Shown one piece after another: positions 1-11,100 of a DNA stretch of 64,000 nt. The notes beneath the pieces are model-generated. The model saw only the letters and a program-made list of their open reading frames with translations, did no database searches and had not been told where the DNA came from. The position numbers and the translations under genes were made by a program. The number at the start of each line of letters is the position of its first letter. Positions within the stretch are counted from its first letter, which is position 1. Origin of the DNA: an uncultured Verrucomicrobiae bacterium (GTDB taxonomy: Bacteria; Verrucomicrobiota; Verrucomicrobiia; Limisphaerales; Palsa-1400); NCBI GenBank assembly GCA_963702845.1, contig OY969763.1:320001-384000 (forward strand). Direction: 5' to 3'.

Positions 1-118
1 GAGCTTGGAGCTTTCTGCTGTCTCATACACAACGTGCTCAAATTAGGTTGTTTGAAGCCCCCATTTCTACCATAATTCCCGTATAGTCCGGCAACGTGTC
101 TGCACACAACCAACTGAC

Positions 119-1348
119 ATGAACAAAAACCTATTTGCATTACTCTGCGTTCTGTCTTTGCCTTTGGCACTACCCGCACAACCTGTCCTCGCTCCTACTC
201 CGGCAGTACCGGTATCGCCGCAATTCCTCACGGATTTACAGAGTGGACCTTTTCCTGAAACCGCTAATTCGGTTTTGATGACGATGTTAGGGCTCGCACC
301 TTATCAGGTTGGACCGGTTGCGATCCATCCGCATGCAGTCTATCGGTTGATGTATAGTACCGGATTGCAGGATCAGCCCGGACATCCGCAATCGTCGGTG
401 ATCAACGAAATCACGCCTGGATTGCTACTTGCGATTGGTACCCACTGGTCAGTGGATTATAGCCCGAGCTGGACCGTCTACTCGAACGAACATTTCCAAA
501 ATAGTCTTGGCCAGTCGCTTCGGCTTTCGGGCGGAGCAAGTTATCGTGACTGGCTCTTTACCCTCAATCATAGCTATCAGGCTTCGTCGACTACACAGAC
601 CGAAACGGCTCAGCAGACCGATGAGGAAGTGCACGACACGAAAATCACGGCCAATTACCAGTTTAACAGCAGCTTTTCTATAGAGTTGGAGGCCGCACAG
701 AACATCAGGTTGGCCAGCGGCTTCAGTAGCTCGTATAATTGGTCAACTATGGACTGGCTCAATTATGACCTCGGTGCGCGGTTTCAATTTGGGCTGGGAG
801 CTGGTTTTGGGTACGATGAAGTCCCGAGCAGCGTGAACATGTCGTCCGAGCAATTACAGGGTCGCCTTAGTTGGCGGACATCGGATAAAATTTCACTCCA
901 AATCAACGGCGGGGCGGAGGATCGCCAGTTTCTCGGTTCGAATGTTCCGGATCTGATTAGTCCCACATTTGGCGTAGGCCTGTCATATCAACCTCTTCGA
1001 TATACCAGTCTTTCGCTGAACGCAAACCGCTCCATAACGCCATCTCTTTTCCAGGAGCAGGCCACCGAATACACCATATTCAGTGCAACCGTGACGCAAC
1101 GTCTGCTCAAACATTTCACTGCCAGCGTAACTGGCGCATATAATAATGCGCAGTACATCGCCACCTCACAAGCGGTGAGCGCGGGTCGAACCGATAACTA
1201 TTATTCAATCAATACCCGGCTCAGTTGGGTCTTGTTGAAACAGTTCTCCATGTCATTGTTTTACTATTACAGTTCTAACTCGTCGACAAGCGCCGGGTTT
1301 GGCTATTCGAGCAGTCAGACAGGATTTGAAGTCGGCTATCGTCTATAG
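119..1348 (+). CDS. Outer-membrane beta-barrel protein, exosortase/EPS-locus associated
   Basis: Signal peptide, alternating amphipathic beta-strand pattern, C-terminal GFEVGYRL barrel-type ending; directly upstream of exosortase. Confidence 0.75.
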   Translation: MNKNLFALLCVLSLPLALPAQPVLAPTPAVPVSPQFLTDLQSGPFPETANSVLMTMLGLAPYQVGPVAIHPHAVYRLMYSTGLQDQPGHPQSSVINEITPGLLLAIGTHWSVDYSPSWTVYSNEHFQNSLGQSLRLSGGASYRDWLFTLNHSYQASSTTQTETAQQTDEEVHDTKITANYQFNSSFSIELEAAQNIRLASGFSSSYNWSTMDWLNYDLGARFQFGLGAGFGYDEVPSSVNMSSEQLQGRLSWRTSDKISLQINGGAEDRQFLGSNVPDLISPTFGVGLSYQPLRYTSLSLNANRSITPSLFQEQATEYTIFSATVTQRLLKHFTASVTGAYNNAQYIATSQAVSAGRTDNYYSINTRLSWVLLKQFSMSLFYYYSSNSSTSAGFGYSSSQTGFEVGYRL

Positions 1349-1370
1349 TTGACCATTTACGGATTCATCA

Positions 1371-2309
1371 ATGCAGCAATTGCAATCAAGTCGGGCAGTC
1401 CAAACCTCCAGTGCACACAGCCGCACTATCGTGCGTCGTTGGCTGATTGCGTTTTTGGTTGCCGCAGCTATTTTTTATCGTCCCTGTCGCGAACTCGTGC
1501 GCTTCGCTGCGCATAGCGAGCTCTACTCGCACATCTTCTTAATCCCGGTCATCTGCTTTTATCTCGTTTGGATAAACCGACGAACGACGCCGGTTGGAAA
1601 ATCGTCGTTCGTTGCCGCACTGCTCGCCTACATTCCGGCACTGATTCTTGTCGGATTGTACTTTGGACATCCTGCGGCCGGCTTCTGGCACGTGAAGAGC
1701 AATTACCTGTCGGCGATGATGGTCGCGATGGTCCTGATGTGCATCGGTAACTTGTTTGTTTTGCTCGGGAAAGATTTCGTTCGCGCCGCCTTGTTTCCGA
1801 CCTTGTTTTTAATGCTCATGGCCCCGTTTCCCGAGGGGGTTTTGAACGACATCGAGACTTTCTTTCAACATTCATCCGCCTGGACGGCTGGCGTTATGTT
1901 CGATATCACCGGCACAACCGTCCTGCACAATGGCCTTTTCTTTCAATTGCCCGGAATCACTTTGCAAGTCGCACAGGAATGCAGCGGCATTCACTCCAGC
2001 CTTGTCCTGATGCTCACTGCCTTGATCGCCGGGTATTTCTTTTTCCCGTCGTATCGCTTTCGCGTGTTGCTGGTGCTGTTTATCATCCCGCTCGGCATTG
2101 TTCGTAATGCCTTCCGCATCTTCGTTATCGGCCAGCTTTGCTCGCATGTCAGTCCCGACATGATTCACTCCTACATTCACCATCATGGCGGCCCGATCTT
2201 CTTCGCTTTATCGCTGGTTCCCTTCTTCATTTTATTGCATTATTTGCGAAAGATTGAATCCCGGAAGATTCAAGCGCCTCAGGCAAACGTCAGCGTTGTC
2301 GGTCAATAG
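1371..2309 (+). CDS. Exosortase (possibly the verrucomicrobial XrtC type)
   Basis: Multi-pass membrane protein with YSHIFLIP, catalytic VAQECSG (Cys), RNAFRI (Arg) and HHHGGPIFF (His) motifs. Confidence 0.9.
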   Translation: MQQLQSSRAVQTSSAHSRTIVRRWLIAFLVAAAIFYRPCRELVRFAAHSELYSHIFLIPVICFYLVWINRRTTPVGKSSFVAALLAYIPALILVGLYFGHPAAGFWHVKSNYLSAMMVAMVLMCIGNLFVLLGKDFVRAALFPTLFLMLMAPFPEGVLNDIETFFQHSSAWTAGVMFDITGTTVLHNGLFFQLPGITLQVAQECSGIHSSLVLMLTALIAGYFFFPSYRFRVLLVLFIIPLGIVRNAFRIFVIGQLCSHVSPDMIHSYIHHHGGPIFFALSLVPFFILLHYLRKIESRKIQAPQANVSVVGQ

Positions 2310-2316
2310 AATCCAT

Positions 2317-5300
2317 ATGCTTACACTGCGTCACATTTCATTGATTCTCGTTGCAACCACGGCCTTGCTCGCCGGCTGCTCGAAGGAAGCAAAAATCGCG
2401 CGATATCGCCAACGCGCCAATAAAGATTTCACCGCTGGCCAATATGCCCAGGCCGAGGTCGAATACATGAACCTGCTCCGGTCCAACCCGAGCGATCCCG
2501 TCGCGATTCGCCAGCTTGGCTTCGTGTTTTTTGAGCAGGGCCGCCTGCCGCAAGCGCTGCAGTTCCTCATCAAGGCTCACGAACTGGAACCGGATAACAT
2601 TGAAACTTCCGGCAAACTCGGCAGCGCCTACATAGCCGCACAACAATACAAATTGGCCGAACAAATCGCGCTTCACACGTTGGAGAAGGAACCCGCCAAC
2701 GAAAGCGCTCTGATGCTCCTGGCTGACACCGCGGACGCTGGTGAAAAGCTCAAAAACCTGCGTGCTCGCGTCACTGGCCTTCAGGCGTCGAACCCTGATC
2801 TTGCCGCGTTCCACATTGTCCTCGGTGAACTCTCGCTTCGTGAACGAAACCTGACGAACGCCCTGTCGGAATTGCAAAAAGCCGTTGCTCTCCAGCCCAC
2901 CAATGCCCTTGCACAACTCGCGCTTGGGAATGTTTACGAGATGCAAAAGGACCAGGCGAATGCCGACAAAGCGCTCAAAGCCGCTGCTGACAATTCGCCA
3001 TGGCGTTCAGCCACGAAGCTGAGGTATGCCGATTTCAAAGTGCAATCCGGCAAAGTCGACGAAGGCAAAGCCATCATTAACGAAATGATCAAGCAAGCGC
3101 CAGATTACATCCCTGCATATGCCTCGATGATGAATCTATCGTTCAGCGCTCGTGACTACGACGAATGCGCAGCGTGGGTCGAAAAAATTCACACTCGCGA
3201 CCCGATGAACTTCGAAGCTCTTATCACCAGCGGTCGTCTCAAGCTGGCCAAAGGCGACTTCGACCACGCCATCGAAGTACTGGAAAAGACTGCCAACATC
3301 TACGAACGGGCACCGTTGGTTCACCACACTCTCGCGCTCGCCTATCTCGGCAAAGGCGATTTCAGCAAAACAATGCTCAACCTTAATCACGCCATTTCTG
3401 CTAATCCTGATTACGTCCCCTCGATCATGGTGGTCGCTGAGATCAATCTAACCAAAGGCGATTTTGCCAACGCAACCTCGGCCCTGTTGCAATTAATTCA
3501 ACACCATCCCGAATTGGAGAATCCTTACCTCCTGCTCGCGCAAGCCTATCTCATGCAGCGCCAGTACGATGAAGCCGCTGTTCAGTATCGCCGCGTCATC
3601 GAACTTTTCCCCAACGTCCCGGAGCCATACTACTATCTCGGGACTGTTCTCGCCGTTGAAAAGAAAAACGCGGAGGCACGTCAGGCTTTCGAGAAAGCTC
3701 TGGAAGTTTCTCCAACCTATCTTCTCGCCCTCGAACAGCTCGTCGATTTGGATATCAAGGAGAAAAATTATTCCGCCGCAATCGATCGTGTGAACAAACA
3801 ATCGGATCCGCAAAAACCATCCGCGCTGATCAACATGTTGCTGGCGAAAGTTCACTCTTCTCAAAACGATACGGCCAGTGCTGAAAAGGATTTGCTCAAA
3901 GCCATCGAACTCGCTCCGGAAAACAACAAGCCTTACATCCTCATTTCCGAATTGTACGTGCAGACGCACAAGCAACAGGAAGCGCTTGATCGCCTCAACA
4001 AATTCGTCGCCAAGACAAACGATGTCGCGGCCCTCATGCAAATCGGCGTCATCCAGCAGATGATGACCAACTTTACCGCTGCCCGTGACACTTACGAAAA
4101 ACTGCTCACCGTCCGTCCCAAATTCAGTCTCGCGTTGAACAATCTGGCCTATCTTTATTGCGAACATCTCAACGATTTGGATAAAGCCCAAAAGCTCGCC
4201 GAGACCGCGCGCGAGGTCATGCATGACGATCCTGCAACCGCCGACACGCTTGGTTGGGTTGCTTACAAACGTGGTGACTACGCACGTGCCCGCGCGCTCA
4301 TCGGTGAAAGCGCGCAACGGCTGAGCAACGAAGCCGAAATCCAATATCACCTCGGCCTGACCCACTACATGCTGGGCGAGGAACCCGCGGCTCGTGCTGC
4401 GCTCGACCACGTCGTTCAATCCACTTCCGCCAAAAAGGAACAGAAACTCGACGCGCAACAACATCTTGCTGTCCTCGACGGCACCGATGCTTCCGGTAAA
4501 CCGCTCTCGCGCGAAAGCCTCGAAAAACTTTCTGCGGAAAATCCCGATGACCCTGTTGTCCTGGCTCACCTCGCGGCTCTTTACGAAAGCGAAGGCTCCA
4601 ATGATAAAGCGATTGCACTCTACCAACGCGCGATCAAAACGAATCGCAAGAACACCACTGTTCTGCTCAAGCTCGCCCAGTATTACGCGCACGCCGGCAA
4701 CGACGCAGCGCAGGCGATCGCTCTCGCTAAGGAAGCCCACAACATTGCTCCCTACGACGTGCAAATAAATCGTCTCCTCGGCCGTCTGGCTTACGACGCC
4801 GGTGACTATTCGTGGTCGGTCAGTCTCTTGCAACAAGCGGCCCGTAACACTGCCCCGAACGGCGATCTCTTCTACGACCTCGCCTGGGCTTACTACAACG
4901 TCGGCAATCTGACGGAAGCGGAAAGCGCGATGCGCAGTGCTCTCCAAACCGGCACCGCCTCCAAAGACGACGCCACTCGCTTCCTCGCATTGATCGAGGC
5001 CTACAATAATCCGAGCCGCAATTCGAACGTCGACGCTTCTGACGCGAAATACGTCCCTGCGTTGATGGTCACTGCCGCGCGTCAACAACAGCAAGGCAAG
5101 TCCGATCAAGCCAAACCGGTGCTCGAACAGGTCCTCGCCAAAAATCCGCTGTTCGTTCCCGCGTCCCGTGATCTTGCGGTCCTGTTGACGCACGAAAATA
5201 GCGATGATGCCAAAGCTTACGCGCTCGGCGTCAAAGCACGCGAAGCATTCCCTGATGACGCCGATGTCTCCCGTGCCCTCGGCATTCTCTCCTACCGCAA

Positions 5301-5508
5301 AGGCGAATACCGCCGGGCTATCGAGTTGCTGAAAGAGAGCCAGCAAAAGCGTGCCGAAGACGGCGAACTGTTCTTCTACCTCGGCATGGCCCACTACAAA
5401 CTGAACCAGGCGCCCGATGCCAAATCAGAACTTCAGCGCGCCTTGCAATGGAAAGTTGAAACTAAACTTTCCGCGGAAGCCACCCGCGTTCTCGCCGAGT
5501 TGAAGTAA
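2317..5508 (+). CDS. Large TPR-repeat lipoprotein (PrsT-like, exosortase-system associated)
   Basis: ATG 2317, lipobox LAGC, many TPR repeats including ALNNLAYL and DTLGWVAYKRG motifs. Confidence 0.85.
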   Translation: MLTLRHISLILVATTALLAGCSKEAKIARYRQRANKDFTAGQYAQAEVEYMNLLRSNPSDPVAIRQLGFVFFEQGRLPQALQFLIKAHELEPDNIETSGKLGSAYIAAQQYKLAEQIALHTLEKEPANESALMLLADTADAGEKLKNLRARVTGLQASNPDLAAFHIVLGELSLRERNLTNALSELQKAVALQPTNALAQLALGNVYEMQKDQANADKALKAAADNSPWRSATKLRYADFKVQSGKVDEGKAIINEMIKQAPDYIPAYASMMNLSFSARDYDECAAWVEKIHTRDPMNFEALITSGRLKLAKGDFDHAIEVLEKTANIYERAPLVHHTLALAYLGKGDFSKTMLNLNHAISANPDYVPSIMVVAEINLTKGDFANATSALLQLIQHHPELENPYLLLAQAYLMQRQYDEAAVQYRRVIELFPNVPEPYYYLGTVLAVEKKNAEARQAFEKALEVSPTYLLALEQLVDLDIKEKNYSAAIDRVNKQSDPQKPSALINMLLAKVHSSQNDTASAEKDLLKAIELAPENNKPYILISELYVQTHKQQEALDRLNKFVAKTNDVAALMQIGVIQQMMTNFTAARDTYEKLLTVRPKFSLALNNLAYLYCEHLNDLDKAQKLAETAREVMHDDPATADTLGWVAYKRGDYARARALIGESAQRLSNEAEIQYHLGLTHYMLGEEPAARAALDHVVQSTSAKKEQKLDAQQHLAVLDGTDASGKPLSRESLEKLSAENPDDPVVLAHLAALYESEGSNDKAIALYQRAIKTNRKNTTVLLKLAQYYAHAGNDAAQAIALAKEAHNIAPYDVQINRLLGRLAYDAGDYSWSVSLLQQAARNTAPNGDLFYDLAWAYYNVGNLTEAESAMRSALQTGTASKDDATRFLALIEAYNNPSRNSNVDASDAKYVPALMVTAARQQQQGKSDQAKPVLEQVLAKNPLFVPASRDLAVLLTHENSDDAKAYALGVKAREAFPDDADVSRALGILSYRKGEYRRAIELLKESQQKRAEDGELFFYLGMAHYKLNQAPDAKSELQRALQWKVETKLSAEATRVLAELK

Positions 5509-5541
5509 ACAACGCAGCGGCGAACTGTCTCAGCTTTTTTT

Positions 5542-5582
5542 CTCCCTCTCCTCCTCAGGAGGAGGGCAGGGGAGAGGAGGCC
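5542..5582. repeat. REP-like palindromic element
   Basis: CTCCCTCTCCTCCT-C-AGGAGGAGGGCAGGGGAGAGG, intergenic; CTCCTCCT/AGGAGGAG inverted core. Confidence 0.55.
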
Positions 5583-5661
5583 TTCTCTTCGTGCTTCCCC
5601 TTCTTCGTTCTTCGCTCTTTCCCCCTTTTGAGTTTTTCCTCACCCGCCTGTATATTAGGGC

Positions 5662-6438
5662 GTGGTCGAAATCATCGCGCACCGTGGGGCTTCTTTTGAT
5701 GCGCCCGAAAATACTCTGGCCGCCTTCCGTCTGGCTTTCGAACAGAAAGCCGACGCCATCGAACTCGATGTCCAACTCAGTCGCGATGGCCGGATTGTCG
5801 TCATTCACGATTTTACGACGCATCGCATCGGCGGCGTCGACAAAGCAATCCGCGAGCAAGACCTCTGCGATCTCAAGCTCCTGGACGTCGGCCGCTGGAA
5901 AGACCTGCGCTGGATGAGCGAACGGATTCCGACCCTGCGCGAGTCTTTGCAAACCGTCCCGCCCGGAAAACGCGTTTTTATCGAGATAAAATCAAGCGCC
6001 GAAATTATTCCTGAACTCGAACGCGTCATCGGCACTTCCGGTTTGCGCACCGAACAGGTCGTCATCATCGGTTTTGATTTCGACACCATTGTCAAAGCCA
6101 AGAAATGGATGCCGCAATACGAATGCGCCTGGCTCATCGGTTTCAAACCGGACGCCCGACGTCCTGATCCCGAAGTGCTCTGCCAGGAAATTATCCAACG
6201 AGCGCACTGCGCCGGCCTCGATGGTTTAGACCTAAATCACACCGGGCCGATCACGTCGGAGTTTATGCAGAATATCCGTGCGGCCGGCCTGAAGGCTTAT
6301 GGCTGGACCATCGACAATGTCGAGTCCGCGCGAAAGATGATCGATCTTGGCGTCAACGGCATCGCCACGAATCGCCCCGCCTGGCTGCGTGAACAATTGT
6401 CTTCGTTCGCAGTCCCCGCTTCAGCCAGTCGCGCGTAA
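5662..6438 (+). CDS. Glycerophosphodiester phosphodiesterase
   Basis: IIAHRGAS..APENTL, IELDV, IHD, IEIK, GIATNRP motifs. Confidence 0.92.
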   Translation: MVEIIAHRGASFDAPENTLAAFRLAFEQKADAIELDVQLSRDGRIVVIHDFTTHRIGGVDKAIREQDLCDLKLLDVGRWKDLRWMSERIPTLRESLQTVPPGKRVFIEIKSSAEIIPELERVIGTSGLRTEQVVIIGFDFDTIVKAKKWMPQYECAWLIGFKPDARRPDPEVLCQEIIQRAHCAGLDGLDLNHTGPITSEFMQNIRAAGLKAYGWTIDNVESARKMIDLGVNGIATNRPAWLREQLSSFAVPASASRA

Positions 6439-6454
6439 GATTTTCAGCGCGCTT

Positions 6455-7777
6455 TTAGCTGACCGCTTCCAGCACCGGCGGTTTCAGTTTCTTGTCTTGC
6501 GGATGTGCTCCGACTTCCCCGCGGTACTTCGTATCGCGACTAAACTTCAACGCCGCTTCCCGACTCTCTTCCCCATCGGCCGCCGTCGCCACTGCCGGCA
6601 ACGAATAATTTCCGTCCGGTAACGAAAAGCGAAAACTAAACGTCCCGTCCGGTCGCAATTTGATTTTCCTGTCGCCAATCGTCACGGTCGCATCCGGCTC
6701 AGTCGCGCCGTAAACAATCAGCTCGGCGTTTACGTTGAACCAAAAACTGCGGCGCTTCTCCATTCCGCCCATCGGACTGGACCAGCTCGCGCCCATCGAA
6801 CTCGGCAAGGAAACGAGCGCACCGCTCCAGGAAGATGATTCGCCTCCCAATTGGCGTCGCACCAGCTCGGTGATTTCCAACGAACCGATCCACACGCGTC
6901 GCATCTTGTCGATCGAAACGACCGAGGCCAGCGCCTTTTCCTGTTCCGGACTCCACGTGCCGTAAACTTCCTTCGGCAAATTGGCAAAACCTTGCGCGCG
7001 CATTTGCTGCAATGCTTCAATCAGCGGCACATTTTCCATCACCGCCGCTTTGACGAGTGCGAGCAGTTGTTCGAACGGCACATCAGGCGGGAGAGTGGCA
7101 AATCGAACGGAAGTGTCGTCCGCCAAACTATCTGGCGGTGTGAAGGTCGCGCTCGATTTCGAAATGATGACCCATCTGCCCTGAGAATCTTCGTAACCCA
7201 ATTCGGCGAGATACTTCGCTCCCGCTTCCGGCACTGGAATGAACCAATTGCGCGATTCGGGATGCACGTGAATCTGCGATAGCGGCTCGCCTGAAATCTC
7301 GTTTTTGAACACGCGCAATTGCAGATGTCCATCGGCCGACTGCGCATTGTATTCCTTCAACTGTTCACTGGTCAGGTCCCACGTGGCGTAGACCCAATGC
7401 GGATCGCGCGCGGTGATGAACAGGCGTTTTGTGCCGTAAGCTTCCGGCAACGATTCGCCGACTCCGGCGAAATGTTGTGCCGGCGGCGTCGGTCCCAACG
7501 AATAGCGTTGTCCTGGTCCGCTGACGGGCGGCGCACTCGGCGCATCGCCTTCCAACAAAATCGGCGGGATCTTTAAAGTTGTTTTGCGGGTCTTCTTCGG
7601 CGCGGCTTTTTCAGAGGCTTTCTCTGAACCTGCCTTGGGTTTCGATGCCGCTGAGCGTGGGCTCGCACTGGGCTTACGTTTCTTGGCCGCAGCCGCGGGT
7701 TTCGCCTTAACTTCGGGCTTAGTGGCTTTGGGTTTGGTCGCGCGTGAACGCGAGCCGCCGGAATTCTTTGGTTTCAT
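6455..7777 (-). CDS. DUF4912-domain protein with Lys/Ala-rich N-terminus
   Basis: LPEAYG..ARDPHWVYATWD motif and C-terminal ELIVYGATEPDA...LRPDGTFSFRF; ATG 7777 chosen. Confidence 0.8.
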   Translation of the reverse strand: MKPKNSGGSRSRATKPKATKPEVKAKPAAAAKKRKPSASPRSAASKPKAGSEKASEKAAPKKTRKTTLKIPPILLEGDAPSAPPVSGPGQRYSLGPTPPAQHFAGVGESLPEAYGTKRLFITARDPHWVYATWDLTSEQLKEYNAQSADGHLQLRVFKNEISGEPLSQIHVHPESRNWFIPVPEAGAKYLAELGYEDSQGRWVIISKSSATFTPPDSLADDTSVRFATLPPDVPFEQLLALVKAAVMENVPLIEALQQMRAQGFANLPKEVYGTWSPEQEKALASVVSIDKMRRVWIGSLEITELVRRQLGGESSSWSGALVSLPSSMGASWSSPMGGMEKRRSFWFNVNAELIVYGATEPDATVTIGDRKIKLRPDGTFSFRFSLPDGNYSLPAVATAADGEESREAALKFSRDTKYRGEVGAHPQDKKLKPPVLEAVS

Positions 7778-7869
7778 AAAAAATTGTGCAGGGGGGCACA
7801 ACCACGGTTCCTGCCGGAAACTATGGACGGCTGGCGCGATGACGTCAAGAGGGTGGTGGAGGGGGAATC

Positions 7870-7901
7870 GTGAGTCGGTGAGTCGGTAAGTGGGTGAGTC
7901 T
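7870..7901. repeat. Four tandem octamers (GTGAGTCG-like)
   Basis: gtgagtcg gtgagtcg gtaagtgg gtgagtct. Confidence 0.7.
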
Positions 7902-8104
7902 GACAAATGTGTAACGTGTTGGTGCGCGTTTCGTTGAGGCATGTTGATCGCACCATTATCGGGAGCCTATACGGTTTTGGGTGTTGCGATGGCAGGGGCT
8001 TGGCCATCAATACGCTTGACTGTCTACTGGCAAGTGTTGACACTTGTCTCACCCTGGCTTCGAGTCCCAACCCGGCAACTGCAATTTCGTTGATAAGGAA
8101 TTTT

Positions 8105-11100
8105 ATGAGAAATAGTTGGTTCGTCTCAATTCTCTCTTGTGTGGCTGGGTTTGCATTGTTGATGCCCCAAGGCGGGCGCGCCGATTGCCCAACGTTCACG
8201 GTCGGGCCCTCCAATTTGCCGGTTGCGGTAGTCGGCATGAGCTATCTTCAGCCGACGGCGAATCGGACCTGGACGAGCGCCAGTTCAATGGTTAGCCCCC
8301 GCCAATTCCCGATCGGGAGCGTGTTGAATGATGGCCGGGTTTTTGTGTGCAACGGTTTTTGGGCGTCAGGGGATTATGCGAATTGCGAGATTTATAATCC
8401 GACGAACGGGGAATGGACGTCGACGCAGCCGATGATCCAAAGTGTCCGCGAGCGTGGCGGCGGTTTTTCGGCGACGGTTTTGCAAAATGGCAAGGTGTTG
8501 GTTTTTGGCGGGGACGAATCGTTCGGCACGAGTGATGCGACGGAAATTTATGATCCGGCAACGGACAGTTGGGAATCGGCTCCGACGCCTGCCGCCGCAG
8601 TGCGGTGGTCTCACACAGCTACGTTGTTGCAAAGCGGTAACGTTCTTGTGACCGGCGGACAGGACCTCAACAGCAGTGAGGGCAACCTGTTGCAAACAGC
8701 GTGGATTTTTAATCCTACAACTGAGAGCTGGACGCAAACGGGTTCGATGCATGTCGGGCGCGCGTTTCATCACGCGACGCTTTTGTTGGATGGCCAGGTG
8801 TTGATCACGGATGATGGCGGTGTGGCGGAATTGTTCAATCCGTCAACCGGTAATTTCGTTCTGACGGATGCACCGTCTGAGGTAACGGGCACGTGCGTAA
8901 CATTGCTGCAAAACGGAAATGTTCTGGCCTGCGGCGGCGCGAACGACGGGGGGCGGGCGGCGATTTTTGATTGGACGACCAAGACCTGGCGAGAGACGGC
9001 TCGGTTGCACTACCCACGATGGAACCATAGTGCGACGTTGCTTGCCGATGGCCGGGTGATGGTTTTTGGCGGGACGGACGAGACCAACGGTGTTGTGCAC
9101 GCTTGCGAAATGTTTGACCCGGCGACGGAGTTGTGGACGGTGGTCGATTCATCATCGCTCAATGGCGGCACGGTCGTTTCGCTGAACGACGGAACGGTGC
9201 TCGCCTTTGGCGACGGCTCAAACGACGCGCAGCTGTTCGGGGCCGTCGCGGTAAGCGCGATTGGCAATGCGACGCCTGTAACATATCAGGTTACGGATGG
9301 GTCGTTGCCTCGCGGGGTGACGTTGACGAAGACAGGCATATTGGTCGGGAGTGCATTCCAGATCGGAGACTTCACTTTTACGATTACTGGAACAGATGGT
9401 TCAGGGTGCACAGGCGATGGCACGGTGTCGATTAAAGTGAAAGCGGCCGGGGCGATCACGTTGAGCGATCTGACGCAAAATTATGATGGGAATCCGAAAT
9501 CCGTTTCGTTCACTACGGTTCCGGCGGGTTTGAATGTGCAGGTGTCTTACAACGGTTCAAATACGCCACCAACGGAAACCGGGACTTACAACGTAGTGGC
9601 AATTATCGACGACCCTGTTTACGCCGGCATGGCATCGGCGAAGTTTTCGATTAATTGCGGAGCGGATCTGGCGCATGTGATTCCGTTGCCTGCTGTTTAC
9701 TTTGGCAGCAATTTTTCGATTACACTTGGCGGTGTGATGGAGGGTGGGCACACATCCGTCCAACGCGAGCGGCACACGGTGACGATATTGCAGGATGGAC
9801 GTTTCCTTGCGGTAGGCGGCTCACATGTTTGGTACGAAGATTCAGAGAGCCTGCAGACGGCCGAGGTTTGTGATCCAAACACCGCCCTATGGACGACTGT
9901 TGCTCCCCCGTTGGCGCAACGTGGGGATCATTGCGCAGCGTTGCTGAACGATGGTCGGGTGCTGATCGCCGGCGGCAGAACGGCGCTTTTTTATCATTGG
10001 TGGCTGCAGACGGCTGAAATTTATGACCCCATTTCAAACAAGTGGACCGCTGTTAACAGGTTGATGCTGACGAATCACCCGGCCGGGACGGCCACTACTT
10101 TGCCGAATGGAAAAGTTTTGGTTGCTGGCGGAGGAACGTCCGAGTTGTTTGATCCTGCGACTGGTTCGTGGGGAACGTTAACGCCGATGAATGCTCCACG
10201 GGCACCTCAATCCAGTCCGTGGACGGGAGAACCGCCGATCAGCCCAAATACCGCGATTTTGTTACCGAACGGCAAAGCAATGGTCATCGGGTACGGTTCG
10301 GCGGAAATTTATGATCCGGCCGCGAACACCTGGATGCTCACAAGCGCAATGCATTCGACGTCGAGTGGTGGAGCGATGCTTCTTCCGAACGGAACGGTGT
10401 TGGTTGTGGCCGGTGCTGTGACAGAAATTTATGACCCGGCGACGGATGTTTGGACGCAGAAAACCACGCAGCCGTTTTTGCGCGATAAGCCGACATTAAC
10501 GATGCTGCCGAGCGGAAAAGTTTTGGTTGAAGGATGGGGTGGTGTTTCCGATCAACTGGAGTTTTATGACCCCTCAACAGATACATGGACCGGCGGTGAA
10601 CGTGAAATTCCGTGGCGCTGGAACAGCATTGCGGAGCTTTTGCCGTCGGGCGCGGTGCTTTTCATCGGTGGCCAGACCTATCAGGCAGAACAAGTTCCTT
10701 GCTCAATGTATGTGCCGATCGAAGGCGTTGGTCCATTCAGTTACTGGGCGTCGGTGCCAAGCGGGATGACGTTGGCCACCGATGGCGGTGGGCCAGCGAA
10801 CTATTCAATCACTGGATTGGCGCAGTCGATCGGAAGCACGATCATTCCCGTAACGGTAACGGATTGGAATGGATTGCGGACTTGTCTGACCTTTAAATTT
10901 ACCACGCTGCCAAGCGGGTCGTCGGCTGATACGACGTCGCCAAGCGTTGCGATTACAAATCCGAAATCCAGCAGCGCAACTGTCTCGACCGAATTCATCA
11001 ACATTACTGGCACTGCGGTTGACACGGGTGGTTCAGTGAACACCGGGGTCGCGATGGTGCTGTATTCGTTCAACGGTGGAGCGACACAGGTTGCTTCCAC

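Noticed and set aside
3493..5394. 633-aa minus-strand ORF
   Set aside because: Antisense shadow of the TPR gene; no recognisable motifs
7778..8104. N-terminal extensions of ORFs 6455..7942 and 7907..12478
   Set aside because: They overlap head-to-head and cover intergenic repeats; downstream ATGs give better starts
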